Shown one piece after another: positions 29,732 to 40,529 of a stretch of 64,000 bases of DNA (positions are counted from its first letter, which is position 1; the number at the start of each line of letters is the position of its first letter). Source of the stretch: an uncultured bacterium (GTDB lineage: Bacteria; Chloroflexota; UBA5177; JANWHV01). The notes beneath the pieces are model-generated. The model worked only from the letters and a program-made list of their open reading frames with translations. It was not told the DNA's origin and searched no databases. The position numbers were made by a program, and so were the translations under genes. Location: NCBI GenBank assembly GCA_963827235.1, contig CAWHAE010000010.1, positions 512,001-576,000 on the forward strand, in the 5' to 3' direction.

Positions 29732-30496
29732 TCAACTCGCGACGACCACCTCAAGCCCGGCGTCTCTGAATGGAGCCAACCTCCGTTCGGGAGACCCCGT
29801 ATCCGTGATCAGGATGTGTGCGGCGGAGACGGGCGCAATCAGTGCCATGGTAAGCCGGCCGATCTTGGTGTGGTCGGCCACGACGACGACCCGCTCGGCG
29901 CGGCGAATGATGGCGAGGCTCGTGTGCGCCTCGAGCTGGTTGTAGGTGGTCAGCCCGTGCTTCGCGGTCAGACCGTCGACGCCAATGAACGCGGTGTTGA
30001 GGAAGATGCCTTCGAGCAGCAGCTCGGGCTGAGGGCCGGACATCTCCAGCGTGCTCCTGAGCCTGCCACCGAGCACCGTGACCTCCATACCCGGCTGATC
30101 GACCAACTCGTTCGCCGCTCCCAGTGAATTGGTAACCACGCGCAGCGCCCCCATGTACCGTATGGCGCGTGCAACGTGCAGCGTCGTCGTCCCGCCGTTG
30201 AGGCCGATCACGTCACCATCCGACACCAACCGCGCGGCCGCTGCCGCGATGGCCGTCTTTTCCTCAACGCAGAGCATCGCTCTGTCGCGGAGAGTCCGTT
30301 CCGGGACCGTTGCCTCTGCCCGCAGCAAGGCCCCGCCGTACGTCCGGCGGAGGAGGCCCAGTTCTTCCAGGTGATGCAGGTCGCGGCGAAGCGTCGCCTC
30401 CGAGCAGTGCAGCAACCGGCTGAGCGCGGACACCTTGATCGATCCCTGCTGAGACAGCGAGCGCAGAATAGCGTCGCGCCGTACCGCTCCGAGCAT
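29732..30496 (-). CDS. DeoR/GlpR family transcriptional regulator
   Basis: SEATLRRDL HTH, RRTYGGA, EKTAIA, GGTTT, VVTNSL, ADHTKIG. Confidence 0.92.
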   Translation of the reverse strand: MLGAVRRDAILRSLSQQGSIKVSALSRLLHCSEATLRRDLHHLEELGLLRRTYGGALLRAEATVPERTLRDRAMLCVEEKTAIAAAAARLVSDGDVIGLNGGTTTLHVARAIRYMGALRVVTNSLGAANELVDQPGMEVTVLGGRLRSTLEMSGPQPELLLEGIFLNTAFIGVDGLTAKHGLTTYNQLEAHTSLAIIRRAERVVVVADHTKIGRLTMALIAPVSAAHILITDTGSPERRLAPFRDAGLEVVVAS

Positions 30497-30887
30497 CAGA
30501 CCGTCGTCCCCACTCCCGCGCGCGGACATCCGCACCAGCTTTCAACTAGCCATGCCCACCGGGAGACCTGCCTAGGGCCGTGTCCGGCAGCCAAGCATGG
30601 AAACAACTCACTCTTGCCCGCTCGTCACACTCTACAGCGATGACCGTCTCGCGACGGATGGACCACTCCCCGCCGCGCTCCGGGCGCGGCCAGCACGCCG
30701 CGCACGCACATTCTGTCACGCAAAGTCGACTATGGTCAAGCAATGTTGCACACAGTCGGCTAATCGCGAGGCGCCCCGCGCATCTGCAGCCCGGCCGATG
30801 TCAAGCCGACTGCCATGGCGAGCTCGGCAAGGGCCGGCCAACGATCAAGCTCGATCATACTCGTGCAGCCGCTGGTACCGGGTTTGC

Positions 30888-30916
30888 TTGACAGTGCTCG
30901 AGATGACTGCTAGAGT
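30888..30916 (+). promoter_or_regulatory. sigma-70 type promoter of the GH4 gene
   Basis: TTGACA-N17-TAGAGT with TG extension. Confidence 0.6.
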
Positions 30917-30993
30917 GGGCGATCGAGGTCGGATCGGAACCGGCAAATGTGAAGGCCGGCTGGCTCGAAAGGCAGCTGTGAGGGAAAAAGCGC

Positions 30994-32388
30994 ATGAAGG
31001 AACGGATCGTGCTCGTCGGTGCCGGGAGTGCCGTCTTTACAAGGGGTCTGGTTGCCGACCTCATCCGCTTTCGAGCCGATGCACACCTGGCGCTGGTAGA
31101 CGTGGACCCGGCCGCGCTGGAGGTTGCCGCCCGGCTGTCGCGCAAGATGGCCGGCGCCGCCCAGGCGCCGCTCGAGATCGGGTCTTCCGTCGACATCCGC
31201 ACGGTCCTGCCGGGCGCGACCGCGATCATCTGCACGATCGGCGTGGGCGGCCGCCGGGCCTGGGAGCGCGACGTCTTCGTGCCGCGGAAGCACGGCATCT
31301 TCATGCCCGTGGGCGATACCGTCGGTCCGGGCGGAAGCTCACGCGCCCTGCGCATGATCCCGCCCATGGTCGAAATCGCCAAGCACGTACAGGAACTGGC
31401 GCCCGGCGCGTTGTTCTTCAACTACGGCAATCCCATGGCGCCGGTCTGCCGGGCCGTTCGCAAGGCGACGAGAGCGAAGATGGTGGGTCTCTGCCACGGC
31501 GTGCACCAGGTGGAGCACTATCTCGCGGACGCGCTTGGTGTGCCGCATGAACAGCTCTGTTCTGTCGCCGTGGGTATCAACCACCTCACCTGGTTTGTAG
31601 AGGCGCGTGTGAACGGTGTGGACGCCATGCCGCGACTGCGCGCGATGGCAAGCGCGCGCTCGAGCGGCCCGCTGCCGTCGAAGCCGGGCGCGCAGAAGCC
31701 CTCGCCATTCAGCGATCCCACGGACAACCCGTTCAGCTGGGAGCTGCTGCACCGCTTTGGCGCCTTCCCAGCCGCCATGGACCGTCACGTAACGGAGTTC
31801 TTTCCGCAGTTCTTCCGCGACGGCGCCTACTATGGGAAGACGCTCGGCCACGACGCATTCAGCTTCGAGGGTACTATCGGCCATGGCGACAGCACGTTCG
31901 CCCAGATGGCCCAGGACGCGTATGCGCCGGGGCCGCTACCGCACGACTACCTCGACCGAATCGGCGGCGAGCACGAGCAGGTTCTCGACATCATCCAGGC
32001 GGTTCGCACGGACCGGGCTCATGTGTTCTCTGCTAACCTGCCGAATACCGGCCAGGTGCCGAACTTGCCGGCCGACGCGATCGTAGAGTCCCCGGCCGTG
32101 GCCGACGGCGGTGGGCTACGCGCCATCGCGCAGCCACACCTGCCTGCCGGGCTGGCCGGCACGCTGGCGACTCGCTACATGTGGGTGGAGACAATCGTGG
32201 AAGCGGCACTGGAGGGAAGCCGCGAAAAGTTCATCCAGGCCCTGATACTGGACGGCACGGTCCGCTCGCCCGGCGAGGCAGTGGCCCTGGCCGACGACCT
32301 GCTGGAAGCGCATCGCGGCGACCTCCCATGGGTCGCGGCAGCCCTGGAGAAGAGGGCTGCAACAGGTACCGGCGGGAACGCGCTTTGA
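30994..32388 (+). CDS. family 4 glycoside hydrolase (alpha-galactosidase/MelA-like)
   Basis: [11 protein letters not shown]-binding, [30 protein letters not shown]. Confidence 0.9.
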   Translation: MKERIVLVGAGSAVFTRGLVADLIRFRADAHLALVDVDPAALEVAARLSRKMAGAAQAPLEIGSSVDIRTVLPGATAIICTIGVGGRRAWERDVFVPRKHGIFMPVGDTVGPGGSSRALRMIPPMVEIAKHVQELAPGALFFNYGNPMAPVCRAVRKATRAKMVGLCHGVHQVEHYLADALGVPHEQLCSVAVGINHLTWFVEARVNGVDAMPRLRAMASARSSGPLPSKPGAQKPSPFSDPTDNPFSWELLHRFGAFPAAMDRHVTEFFPQFFRDGAYYGKTLGHDAFSFEGTIGHGDSTFAQMAQDAYAPGPLPHDYLDRIGGEHEQVLDIIQAVRTDRAHVFSANLPNTGQVPNLPADAIVESPAVADGGGLRAIAQPHLPAGLAGTLATRYMWVETIVEAALEGSREKFIQALILDGTVRSPGEAVALADDLLEAHRGDLPWVAAALEKRAATGTGGNAL

Positions 32389-32475
32389 CGCGTGCTGAAG
32401 CTGAGGTTGCAGGTGCAGCGGTGATCTTGCAGTGGGCAGTTTCGCGTCCCGACCGCGCCCGGCTGCTCGCCAAGT

Positions 32476-33951
32476 TCAGAGCACGTGAGGCGCGATCTCG
32501 CCGCGCACCGTCACCCATTGCGTCTCGGTGAAGGCGTCGACGTTCGATTCCGCACCGCCGAAGCGTGCGCCGGTACCCGATGAGCCGAGACCGCCGAACG
32601 GCGCCACCGCTTCGTCGTTGACCGTCTGATCGTTGATGTGGACGATGCCCGAAGGGATGCGCTCGGCCAGGGCCAGTCCCTTCATCACGTCGCGGGTCAG
32701 TATGCCCAGCGACAGACCGTACTCCGTGCCCGCGGCCAGTGCTGCCGCTTCGTCCAGGCTCGAGAAGCTGACCACGGGCGCCACCGGTCCGAAGATCTCG
32801 CTGACATAAACCGGCATAGCAGGGGTCACATCCGCCAACACGGTGGGGCGGTAGAACAGGCCCTCGTAGTTTCCGCCGGCAGCCAGACGCGCCCCGGCGC
32901 CGAGGCTCGCCGTGACCATGCCGTGAATCTTGTCGAGCTGGCGCCGGTCTATGATCGGGCCGAGGGCAACCGTGCCTCGCGCCGGATCGCCGACCGACAG
33001 CGCATTCGCGGCCGCGGCCAGGCGTTCCACGTATTCGCCTGCTACGCGCTCCTGCACCAGGTGACGGCTGGTTGCCATGCAGATCTGGCCCTGGTGGAAG
33101 AACGAGCCCCACATGCCGGCTGCCACGGCGGCATCCAGGTCGGCGTCGTCCAGCACGATAATGGCGCTATTGCCGCCCAGCTCGAGGTGCGCCCGCTTCA
33201 GATGCCGTGCCGCCAGCTCGCCTACCACGCGGCCGGTGGCCGACGCGCCGGTGAAAGAGATCACCCGTACGCCGGGATCCGCGATGATCGCCTCGCCTAT
33301 CTCGCCGCCTCCGGGAAGCACGTGCAACAGACCGGCGGGGAGACCGGCCTCTTCGAATATGCGTGCCAGCGCTACGCCCCCGCACACCGCGGTGCGCGGG
33401 TCGGGCTTGAGGAGCACCGCGTTGCCGAGGGCCAGGGCCGGGGCCACCGATCGAATGGACAGGATGAGGGGCGCGTTGAAGGGGGCGATCACGCCGACCA
33501 GGCCGGCCGGGTTGCGCCGCGCGAAGCTCAGCCTCGGCTGCTCGGACCGCAACAGCCTCCCGTAGGGCTGCGTGGCCATGGCCGCCGCCTCGTAACATTC
33601 GTCGGCGGCAACGTGGATCTCAAAGCCGGCCTTACCGGCAGTCGAGCCGGACTCCCGGATGATCCAATCGCTCACCTCTGCCGCGTGCTGTTCCCAGAGC
33701 TCGCCTGCGCGCCGAAGCACCCGGGCTCGCGCGCCGGCCGGCTGCGCGGCCCAATCGTGCTGAGCACGGGCAGCCAGGACCGCCGAGCGTTGCACGTCCG
33801 CCGTACTCGCGCGCCCGATGGCGCCGAGCGCCGATCCGGTCGCCGGCTCGATCACGGAGTACGTGCCTCCTGCCGACTCCCGCCAGCTACCGTCGAAGAT
33901 CCTGCCCGACCACCACTTGCCGTCCATCAGCGTCGACGCGACTGTCACCAT
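32476..33951 (-). CDS. aromatic (benzaldehyde/vanillin-type) aldehyde dehydrogenase
   Basis: PFNAP, FTGAS, LELGGN, HQGQICMA, EIFGP. Last gene of the pca operon. Confidence 0.85.
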   Translation of the reverse strand: MVTVASTLMDGKWWSGRIFDGSWRESAGGTYSVIEPATGSALGAIGRASTADVQRSAVLAARAQHDWAAQPAGARARVLRRAGELWEQHAAEVSDWIIRESGSTAGKAGFEIHVAADECYEAAAMATQPYGRLLRSEQPRLSFARRNPAGLVGVIAPFNAPLILSIRSVAPALALGNAVLLKPDPRTAVCGGVALARIFEEAGLPAGLLHVLPGGGEIGEAIIADPGVRVISFTGASATGRVVGELAARHLKRAHLELGGNSAIIVLDDADLDAAVAAGMWGSFFHQGQICMATSRHLVQERVAGEYVERLAAAANALSVGDPARGTVALGPIIDRRQLDKIHGMVTASLGAGARLAAGGNYEGLFYRPTVLADVTPAMPVYVSEIFGPVAPVVSFSSLDEAAALAAGTEYGLSLGILTRDVMKGLALAERIPSGIVHINDQTVNDEAVAPFGGLGSSGTGARFGGAESNVDAFTETQWVTVRGEIAPHVL

Positions 33952-34054
33952 CTGACCTTCCTCCCAAGCGGTACCAAGGGGCCCGGACTTTCGCCGCGCC
34001 CGTGCCGCCAATCCCACGCCTTGCAGGCGCCGTCAACCGTCCCCGTCTCGATAT

Positions 34055-35323
34055 TCATGTCGCCTGCTCGACGACCATCGATATGCCCTGGCCGACGCCG
34101 ATGCACATGGTGGCCAGTGCGAATTGCACGTCCGGCCTGCGGCGCATCTGGTGCGCCAGCGTGACCAGCAAGCGTGCTCCCGAGCAGCCCAGCGGATGCC
34201 CGAGCGCAATCGCGCCGCCGCTTGCGTTCACTCGCGGGTCCTCGGGACCAATGTTCCAGGCACGCAGGACCGCCAGCGTCTGGGCGGCAAATGCCTCGTT
34301 CAACTCGATCAACCCGATGTCGGCCAGCGAGATCCCTGCTCGCTCCAGTGCCTTCTGCGTGGCCGGCACGGGGCCGATACCCATATATGACGGCGGCACG
34401 CCGGCCACCGCCATGCTGCGGATGCGCACCAGTGGGCGCAGGCCGTGAGAGCGTCCGTACTCGTCCGAGACAAGCAGGAGGGAGGCGGCGCCGTCATTGA
34501 GACTGCTGGAGTTTCCCGCCGTCACGCTACCGCCATGCCGAAAGGCCGGTCTTAGCGAAGCCAGCTTGTCTCTGGTCGTGTCCCTCCGCGGCCCTTCGTC
34601 CGTGAGTACCTCCTGAGGTCCGGACCTGGAGGATACGGGCACGGCGACGATCTCATCATCGAATCGCCGCCCGTCGATAGCCTCTATGGCTTTGACGTGA
34701 CTGCGCAAGGCAAACTCGTCCTGCTCGACTCGACCTATGCGATGCTGATCCGCCACCTCGTCGGGAGGCGGCTCGCCGGGCGGCTGCAGATGCAGCCCCA
34801 GGGCGAGGTTCTCTGCCGTGATGCCCAGCGGCTCGGTGTGTCCCAGGGCTTCCAGCCTTGCGTTGACGAATCGCCAGCCCAGGGTCGTGTCGTGCATGGT
34901 CACCGGGCCGGTGGGAAACGGCTTTTCGCTCTTGGGCACGGCCCAGGGTGCGCGGCTCATCGATTCCACCCCACCGGCGATAAAGACGTCCGCCTCGCCG
35001 AGCATCAGGGCGCGCGCCGCGCTTGCAACCGCTTCCAGTCCCGAGCCGCAGAGCCGGTTGACCGTGCTTCCGGCTACCGTGGTCGGGAATCCGGCCAGCA
35101 GCACGGCCATGCGCGCCACGTTGCGATTGTCTTCGCCTGCCTGGTTGGCGCAGCCGAGGACCACGTCCTCTACCTCCGACGGAGGGACGCCGGATCGGTC
35201 GCAGAGCGCCCGGAGGGTCAGCGCTGCCAGATCGTCAGGACGCACCGAGCTCAGCGCGCCGCCGTGCCTACCGATTGGCGTGCGGACTGCCTCCACGATC
35301 CAGGCTTCTGCGACTCCGGCCAC
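34055..35323 (-). CDS. pcaF: 3-oxoadipyl-CoA thiolase
   Basis: NQAGEDNRNVARM, NRLCGSG, NEAFA, GHPLGCSG, CIGVGQG; AAAGGAGG RBS. Confidence 0.88.
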   Translation of the reverse strand: MAGVAEAWIVEAVRTPIGRHGGALSSVRPDDLAALTLRALCDRSGVPPSEVEDVVLGCANQAGEDNRNVARMAVLLAGFPTTVAGSTVNRLCGSGLEAVASAARALMLGEADVFIAGGVESMSRAPWAVPKSEKPFPTGPVTMHDTTLGWRFVNARLEALGHTEPLGITAENLALGLHLQPPGEPPPDEVADQHRIGRVEQDEFALRSHVKAIEAIDGRRFDDEIVAVPVSSRSGPQEVLTDEGPRRDTTRDKLASLRPAFRHGGSVTAGNSSSLNDGAASLLLVSDEYGRSHGLRPLVRIRSMAVAGVPPSYMGIGPVPATQKALERAGISLADIGLIELNEAFAAQTLAVLRAWNIGPEDPRVNASGGAIALGHPLGCSGARLLVTLAHQMRRRPDVQFALATMCIGVGQGISMVVEQAT

Positions 35324-35336
35324 GGAACGTCCTCCT

Positions 35337-36167
35337 TTACCAGGCTTTATCGGTATTTGAACCAACGCGGTCCGCGGTGGATCCGGCATCGCTCAAGAAC
35401 GTGACCAGGTGACGAGCAAACACCTCCGGCTGCTCCAGACAGGAGAGGTGGGCGGCGTCGAGCATGACTGTATGGCTGTCGCCGACGGCGGATTTCAGCT
35501 CGGCTGCCAACGACGGCGGCGTGGCCCGGTCCTGCGCGCCGGCAATGATGAGCGACGGGGCGCGAATCGAGCCGGCCAGCGGCCGCAGGTCGGCGTCCCG
35601 CAGGACGCCGCACGCGGCAATGTAGCCCTCCGGACTCGCCGACGCGAGCATATTCGCCACCAATGCGGCCACGTCCGGGCGCCGCGCCCGGAAGCCGCTG
35701 CTCAACGCGCGCTCGATGACCGTCTCGCCGATCGCCGCCAGGCCTCCGCGCCGCACGGCAGCGATGCGCGATTCCCAGAGAGCAGCAGTGCCAATATGCA
35801 GGCCGGTGTTGGCGAGTACGGCGCGGGCGATCCGCTGCGGGGAGGCAGCTGCGAGCTGGAGCACCGTCATGCCGCCCAGTGAAAGCCCGCAGACGTTCGC
35901 ACGGTCAATGTCGAGGTGGTCAATCAGGGCGAGCAGGTCTTGCGCGAGCAGGTCGATAGTCAACGGCCGATCGGAGAACGCGGGCCGGCCGTGACCGCGC
36001 GTATCGTAGCGGACCACGCGCAACGAGCCGCCGAGCGACGCCGTCACCGGCTGCCAGAGACGCGTGTCCGTGCCGAGGGCGTTCACGAAGATCAGCGACG
36101 GCGCGCCGTCCGGACCTTCCACGCGATACGTCATGCTTGTGCCGCAGGCTAGCCGCAACACGCTCAT
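35337..36167 (-). CDS. pcaD: 3-oxoadipate enol-lactonase
   Basis: NALGT, YDTRGHG, GLSLGG, AAHLS; operon context. Confidence 0.88.
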   Translation of the reverse strand: MSVLRLACGTSMTYRVEGPDGAPSLIFVNALGTDTRLWQPVTASLGGSLRVVRYDTRGHGRPAFSDRPLTIDLLAQDLLALIDHLDIDRANVCGLSLGGMTVLQLAAASPQRIARAVLANTGLHIGTAALWESRIAAVRRGGLAAIGETVIERALSSGFRARRPDVAALVANMLASASPEGYIAACGVLRDADLRPLAGSIRAPSLIIAGAQDRATPPSLAAELKSAVGDSHTVMLDAAHLSCLEQPEVFARHLVTFLSDAGSTADRVGSNTDKAW

Positions 36168-37516
36168 GAGTCACCCTGCCCGCCCAGCATCTGCCGGTAG
36201 GCCCGCAAGGCCTGATCGATGAAGGTGTCCACGCTGCCGAAATAGCCATCCGGACGGCAGGCGCGGTCGATCGCGTCAGTAGGCATGACCGAGGCGATCT
36301 CCGCATCCGACCGGGCAGATGTTGACAGGTCGAGCCCAAGCTCCAGAGCGCGACGGCCCGCCGACTCCACCAGGAGCCTGGCTTTGCCCGGACCCACGCG
36401 CTCGGCCAGGGCCGTGGTGAGCGATTCGGACATCAGCAATCCTCCCTGCCTCTCCAGGTTGGTGCGCATGGCGGCGCCGTCAACCTGGAGCCCGGTCACC
36501 GCGCTGCGCACGCGGGACACACAGCCCGCCGTATAGCGGAAGAGCGCAGGCATCGCGGCCCACTCCGCCTGCCAGGCGCCGGCGGCACGCTCGTGCTCCT
36601 GCTGCATCGAGCCCAGAATCACCTGGACCTGTCCCTGGGCGAGCCGCGCCGCGGCCAGCGCGAACGTGGCGTCGACCGGGTTGTGCTTGTGCGGCATAGC
36701 GGACGAACTGCCCTTGCCGGGAGCCTCCGACTCGCTCACTTCGCCGACCTCCGTCTGGGCGAGCAGCACGATGTCGCCGGCGATCTTTGCCATTGTGCCG
36801 GCGGTGATGCCGAGGAGCGAAGCAATCTCTGCCACTCTCTCTCGCTCGGCGTGCCACGGCAGGTCCGGAAGATTCAGGCCGAGCTCAGCGGCAAGCAATT
36901 CTGCGACCGCAGGCCCCTTCTCGGCCAGTACGGCAAGTGTGCCGGCCGCGCCGCCGAGCTGCAGGGCCGGCAGACGCCGCCGCGCTTGCATTGCCGCCGC
37001 CCGCCCGGCGACGGAGTTCAGCCAGCGTGCCGCCTTGAGCCCGAACGGCAGCGGCACCGCCTGCTGCAGCAACGTCCGTCCCGCCATCGCCGTGCGGCGA
37101 TGATCATCGGCAAGGATCGCGCAGGCACCGGCCAGGGTTACCAGGTCCCTTTCGAGGAGCGCAAGACCGTCGCGCATCTGCAGGGCGAACGCCGTGTCGA
37201 CGACGTCCTGGCTCGTGGCACCCCAGTGCAGGTACTGCCGCGCTGCCGGCTCGATGCGCGCGCGCAGCTCGCGCAAGAGCGGGATGACCGGCGTGCCCGC
37301 CCGAACGGTCTGCTCGTAGATTGCCTCGGCATCCAGGCCGGCTCCGCGGCAGGCCGCCTCGATGGCCAGCGCGGCCGCCTCGGGAATCACGCCCGCTCGC
37401 GCCTCAGCGCGGGCAAGCGCCGCCTCCACGATGACCATGTACCGCACGTGTGCCTGGGCGCCGAAGACTCGTCTCATCTCGGGCGTGGTGAATGGCCAGT
37501 CGAGCGCATCACTCAT
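36164..37516 (-). CDS. pcaB: 3-carboxy-cis,cis-muconate cycloisomerase
   Basis: HWGATSQD, GRTLLQQA, SSAMPHKHNP, HERAAGAWQAEW. Confidence 0.9.
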   Translation of the reverse strand: MSDALDWPFTTPEMRRVFGAQAHVRYMVIVEAALARAEARAGVIPEAAALAIEAACRGAGLDAEAIYEQTVRAGTPVIPLLRELRARIEPAARQYLHWGATSQDVVDTAFALQMRDGLALLERDLVTLAGACAILADDHRRTAMAGRTLLQQAVPLPFGLKAARWLNSVAGRAAAMQARRRLPALQLGGAAGTLAVLAEKGPAVAELLAAELGLNLPDLPWHAERERVAEIASLLGITAGTMAKIAGDIVLLAQTEVGEVSESEAPGKGSSSAMPHKHNPVDATFALAAARLAQGQVQVILGSMQQEHERAAGAWQAEWAAMPALFRYTAGCVSRVRSAVTGLQVDGAAMRTNLERQGGLLMSESLTTALAERVGPGKARLLVESAGRRALELGLDLSTSARSDAEIASVMPTDAIDRACRPDGYFGSVDTFIDQALRAYRQMLGGQGDS

Positions 37517-38319
37517 GCCGGCACCCGGCGATGAGCCTGCTCGGTGCGCCGTAGCAGGTCGCGCAACGTGCTCAGCTCGTAGGCGGTGGGAGGTGCGGTC
37601 TCCCCCAGCGCGATCGCGAACTGGGGTTGCCACGCGGTGTGCTCGACGACTCTCCGGCGGTCAACGCCGGGATGGAGCGAAACCACCGTCAGCTCTTTCG
37701 TGTCCGGATCGGGCCGCATGATACAGAGGTCGGTGATCACCAGTGTAGGACCGCTGGTAGCCAGTCCCATCCTCCGCCGGTGGTCACCCCCCTCGCCGTG
37801 ACCGAGTGAGGTAATGAAATCGACCCGCTCGACGAATGACCGGCTGCTTTGCGGCATCACCACGTAGACCTGAGCGCAGTGGCTGGCGATCTCCGGGGCG
37901 CCGCCACCGCCCGGAAGACGCACGCGCGGGCGCTCGTAGTCACCAATCACGCTGGAATTGATGTTGGCAAAGCGATCGATCTGGGCGCCGCCCAGAAAGC
38001 CCACCGAGATCCGGCCGCCCTGCAGCCAGTAGGCAAACATCTCGGGCAGCGATACCGTGGCCAGCGCCGTCTCGCAGAGCTCCGGATCGCCGATCGACAG
38101 CGGCAACACTCCAGGTCGGGCGCCGATGGTGCCGGACTCGTAGATCAGGGTCACCTCGGGGGCGTGAGTGAGCCGCGCCAGGTTGCATGCCGCCGACGGC
38201 ACACCGATGCCGACGAAACACACGTCGGCGCTGGTGATGGCCCGGGCGGCGGCGACGATCATCATCTCTTCCGCTGAGTAGGGTGCGCCGGTGGCCGTCT
38301 GTACCGTGGCCGAGCTCAT
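37513..38319 (-). CDS. pcaJ: 3-oxoadipate CoA-transferase subunit B (GctB/CatJ type)
   Basis: FVGIG.PS, LIYESG, RLPGGGGAPEIA. Confidence 0.85.
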   Translation of the reverse strand: MSSATVQTATGAPYSAEEMMIVAAARAITSADVCFVGIGVPSAACNLARLTHAPEVTLIYESGTIGARPGVLPLSIGDPELCETALATVSLPEMFAYWLQGGRISVGFLGGAQIDRFANINSSVIGDYERPRVRLPGGGGAPEIASHCAQVYVVMPQSSRSFVERVDFITSLGHGEGGDHRRRMGLATSGPTLVITDLCIMRPDPDTKELTVVSLHPGVDRRRVVEHTAWQPQFAIALGETAPPTAYELSTLRDLLRRTEQAHRRVPA

Positions 38320-39164
38320 ATCAGGCCCGCCTTCAAGGGATCGCCGGTGGGAGCGACGCCGCGCAGCACGTGCTCGTCCATCCAGGCAAGGAAGGTCTCG
38401 CGATCTCGCGCGACGCCGTCCCAGGCGGCGTAGAAGGCGTTGTTGCGCCCGTAGTAGCCATGCGCGTAGGATGGCCGGGCTCCTCCCGGGGCGACCGCGA
38501 TTGCGGTTACGGTCCAGTAGGGCAGCACGACCGAGTTCGGTCCCGGCGGCCGCAGCTCCTCGACCACTTCTTCAACCGTGACCACGGCGCGCCGCGAGGC
38601 GAGCACTACCTCCTTCTGCACGCCGATTATTCCCTCGACAAGCACGTTGCCGGCCCGATCGGCCCGCTGTGCGTGCACGATCCCGGTGTCCGGGTAGAGT
38701 GCCGGCACAGCCGCGAGCTGCTGACCCGTGAAGGGGCAGTCCACGCGACGAATGTTGCCGTGCTTGCCTACCAGCTCGGAGCCGATGTAGCCCCTGAACA
38801 GCGCGCAGGGCAGTCCCGACGCCCCTGCCGAGTAGGCGGCGGCCATCGCAGCGTGACTGTGCTCCTCGATCTGCAGCGGCTGGGGCCAGCCGTGCTCTAC
38901 CGCGTCGCGCAGGCGATGCAGCGAGCCCACACCCGGATTGCCGCCCCAGGAGAAGATCAGCCGCCGCGCGCAGCCCATGCCGATCAGCTGGTCGTAGATC
39001 AGGTCGGGCGTCATGCGCACCAGCGTGAGATCGCGCTTGCGCTGCCGGATGATCTCGTGGCCCGCGGCGAAGGGAATCAGGTGCGTGAAGCCTTCCAGGG
39101 CGACCGTGTCGCCGTCCTGGACGTACGCGGCAATTGCTTCAGGCAGTGTGAGGAAGGCCGTCAT
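38316..39164 (-). CDS. pcaI: 3-oxoadipate CoA-transferase subunit A (GctA/CatI type)
   Basis: ALEGFTHLIPFAAGHEIIRQ, RMTPDLIYDQ, FSWGGNPGVGSLHR. Confidence 0.85.
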   Translation of the reverse strand: MTAFLTLPEAIAAYVQDGDTVALEGFTHLIPFAAGHEIIRQRKRDLTLVRMTPDLIYDQLIGMGCARRLIFSWGGNPGVGSLHRLRDAVEHGWPQPLQIEEHSHAAMAAAYSAGASGLPCALFRGYIGSELVGKHGNIRRVDCPFTGQQLAAVPALYPDTGIVHAQRADRAGNVLVEGIIGVQKEVVLASRRAVVTVEEVVEELRPPGPNSVVLPYWTVTAIAVAPGGARPSYAHGYYGRNNAFYAAWDGVARDRETFLAWMDEHVLRGVAPTGDPLKAGLI

Positions 39165-39186
39165 GTATCCTGTCTCTTCATGTGGA

Positions 39187-39786
39187 TCAGATGTTGAAGA
39201 ACACCGTCTCGCCCGTTCCCTGCAGCACGATGTCCCAGCGAAACAGCATGCGGCCGTCGCGCGATTCCTCTCGGGCGATCAGCGTGGTGCGGCGTTCAGG
39301 CTGGACGAGCTGCAGGATCGGATCGTCGCCGTTGGCATCCGTCTCTGGGAAGTACATCCGCGAGGCGAGGTGGTTGAGCAGTCCGCGTGCGAAGACGGCG
39401 ACACAAAGGTGCGGCGCCTGCAGCCGCCTGTCCGCGATACTCAAGGGAACGGCGCCAGGCTTGATAGTCTCGAACCAGTAGTGCCCGGCGTCGTCCGTGC
39501 CGCAGCGACCGAAGCCGATGAAGCTGGGGTCGATCGCCGCCTCGGCACGCTGGTCCGCCTCGTGGTTGTATCTGCCCTCAGCGTTGGCCTGCCAGATCTC
39601 GACCATGGCGTCGGGGACGCCATCGCCGTTGCCGTCCAGCACGCGGCCCTCGATGCGGATCCGCTCGCCCAATGTGCCCGATCCGGTGAGGTCGTGGCAT
39701 CTCGCGCCGTCACGCAACAGGCAGTCACTGAAGAACGGTCCTACCGTCTGCGACGGGGTGAGCGCGGGATTAGCAGCGTGCGTCAT
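39187..39786 (-). CDS. pcaG: protocatechuate 3,4-dioxygenase alpha subunit
   Basis: TPSQTVGPFF, EIWQANAEG, QAPH, FARGLL, ETVFF. Confidence 0.93.
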   Translation of the reverse strand: MTHAANPALTPSQTVGPFFSDCLLRDGARCHDLTGSGTLGERIRIEGRVLDGNGDGVPDAMVEIWQANAEGRYNHEADQRAEAAIDPSFIGFGRCGTDDAGHYWFETIKPGAVPLSIADRRLQAPHLCVAVFARGLLNHLASRMYFPETDANGDDPILQLVQPERRTTLIAREESRDGRMLFRWDIVLQGTGETVFFNI

Positions 39787-40529
39787 AGCGCCGGTCTCGC
39801 CTTCTGCTCCGACGGAGGTTGGTCTTCAAACGGCGTGGCGTCCGCGCCGTGCAGGACGATGTTCCAACGCCAGCCCAGAGCCCAGAGCGGCTCGGTCACC
39901 CCGTGGTCGTAGGCCGCGATCAGCCTGGGACGGGCGACCGCGGGGACGGCGCTCAGTATAGGATCGAGGTCGTGCAGTGGGTCGCCGGCAAAGTACATCT
40001 GTGTCACCAATCGGGCAGCCAGCGAGGGCCCGAACAGAGAGAAATGGATGTGTGACGGCCGCCAGGCGTTGGCGTGATTCTTCCAGGGATAGGCACCGGG
40101 TCGTATGGTGAGGAACCGGTAGACGCCTTGCTGGTCGGTCAAGCAGCGACCGATGCCGAGGAAGTTGGGATCGAGCGGGCCCGGCCACTGATCGTTCCTG
40201 TGCACATATCTACCGGCGGCATTGGCCTGCCAGATCTCGATCAGGGCTCGCGGCACCGGTTGTCCCCTGTCGTCGAGTACCCGCCCCGTCACGATGATGC
40301 GCTGACCGATCGCCTGGCCGCCCGTGCCGGCGTTGCGGGTCAGGTCGGCGTCCTCCGCCGTCACGGCGGCGACCGCCGGACCGGGGCCGGTCAGCTCCGA
40401 CAGAGTGAGCGGCACGTCGACCAGTCGCCGGCTCGGCGACCTGAGAATGGTCGATCGATAGGCTTCATACAAATAGGGTGGGAAGACCTCGCTCTGACCG
40501 CGCACGATGTCGCCAATGGTGGTGATCAC
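39783..40529 (-). CDS. pcaH: protocatechuate 3,4-dioxygenase beta subunit
   Basis: Iron ligands in GRYVH, PGAYPW, RPSHIHFS; TQMYF. Confidence 0.95.
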   Translation of the reverse strand: MITTIGDIVRGQSEVFPPYLYEAYRSTILRSPSRRLVDVPLTLSELTGPGPAVAAVTAEDADLTRNAGTGGQAIGQRIIVTGRVLDDRGQPVPRALIEIWQANAAGRYVHRNDQWPGPLDPNFLGIGRCLTDQQGVYRFLTIRPGAYPWKNHANAWRPSHIHFSLFGPSLAARLVTQMYFAGDPLHDLDPILSAVPAVARPRLIAAYDHGVTEPLWALGWRWNIVLHGADATPFEDQPPSEQKARPAL

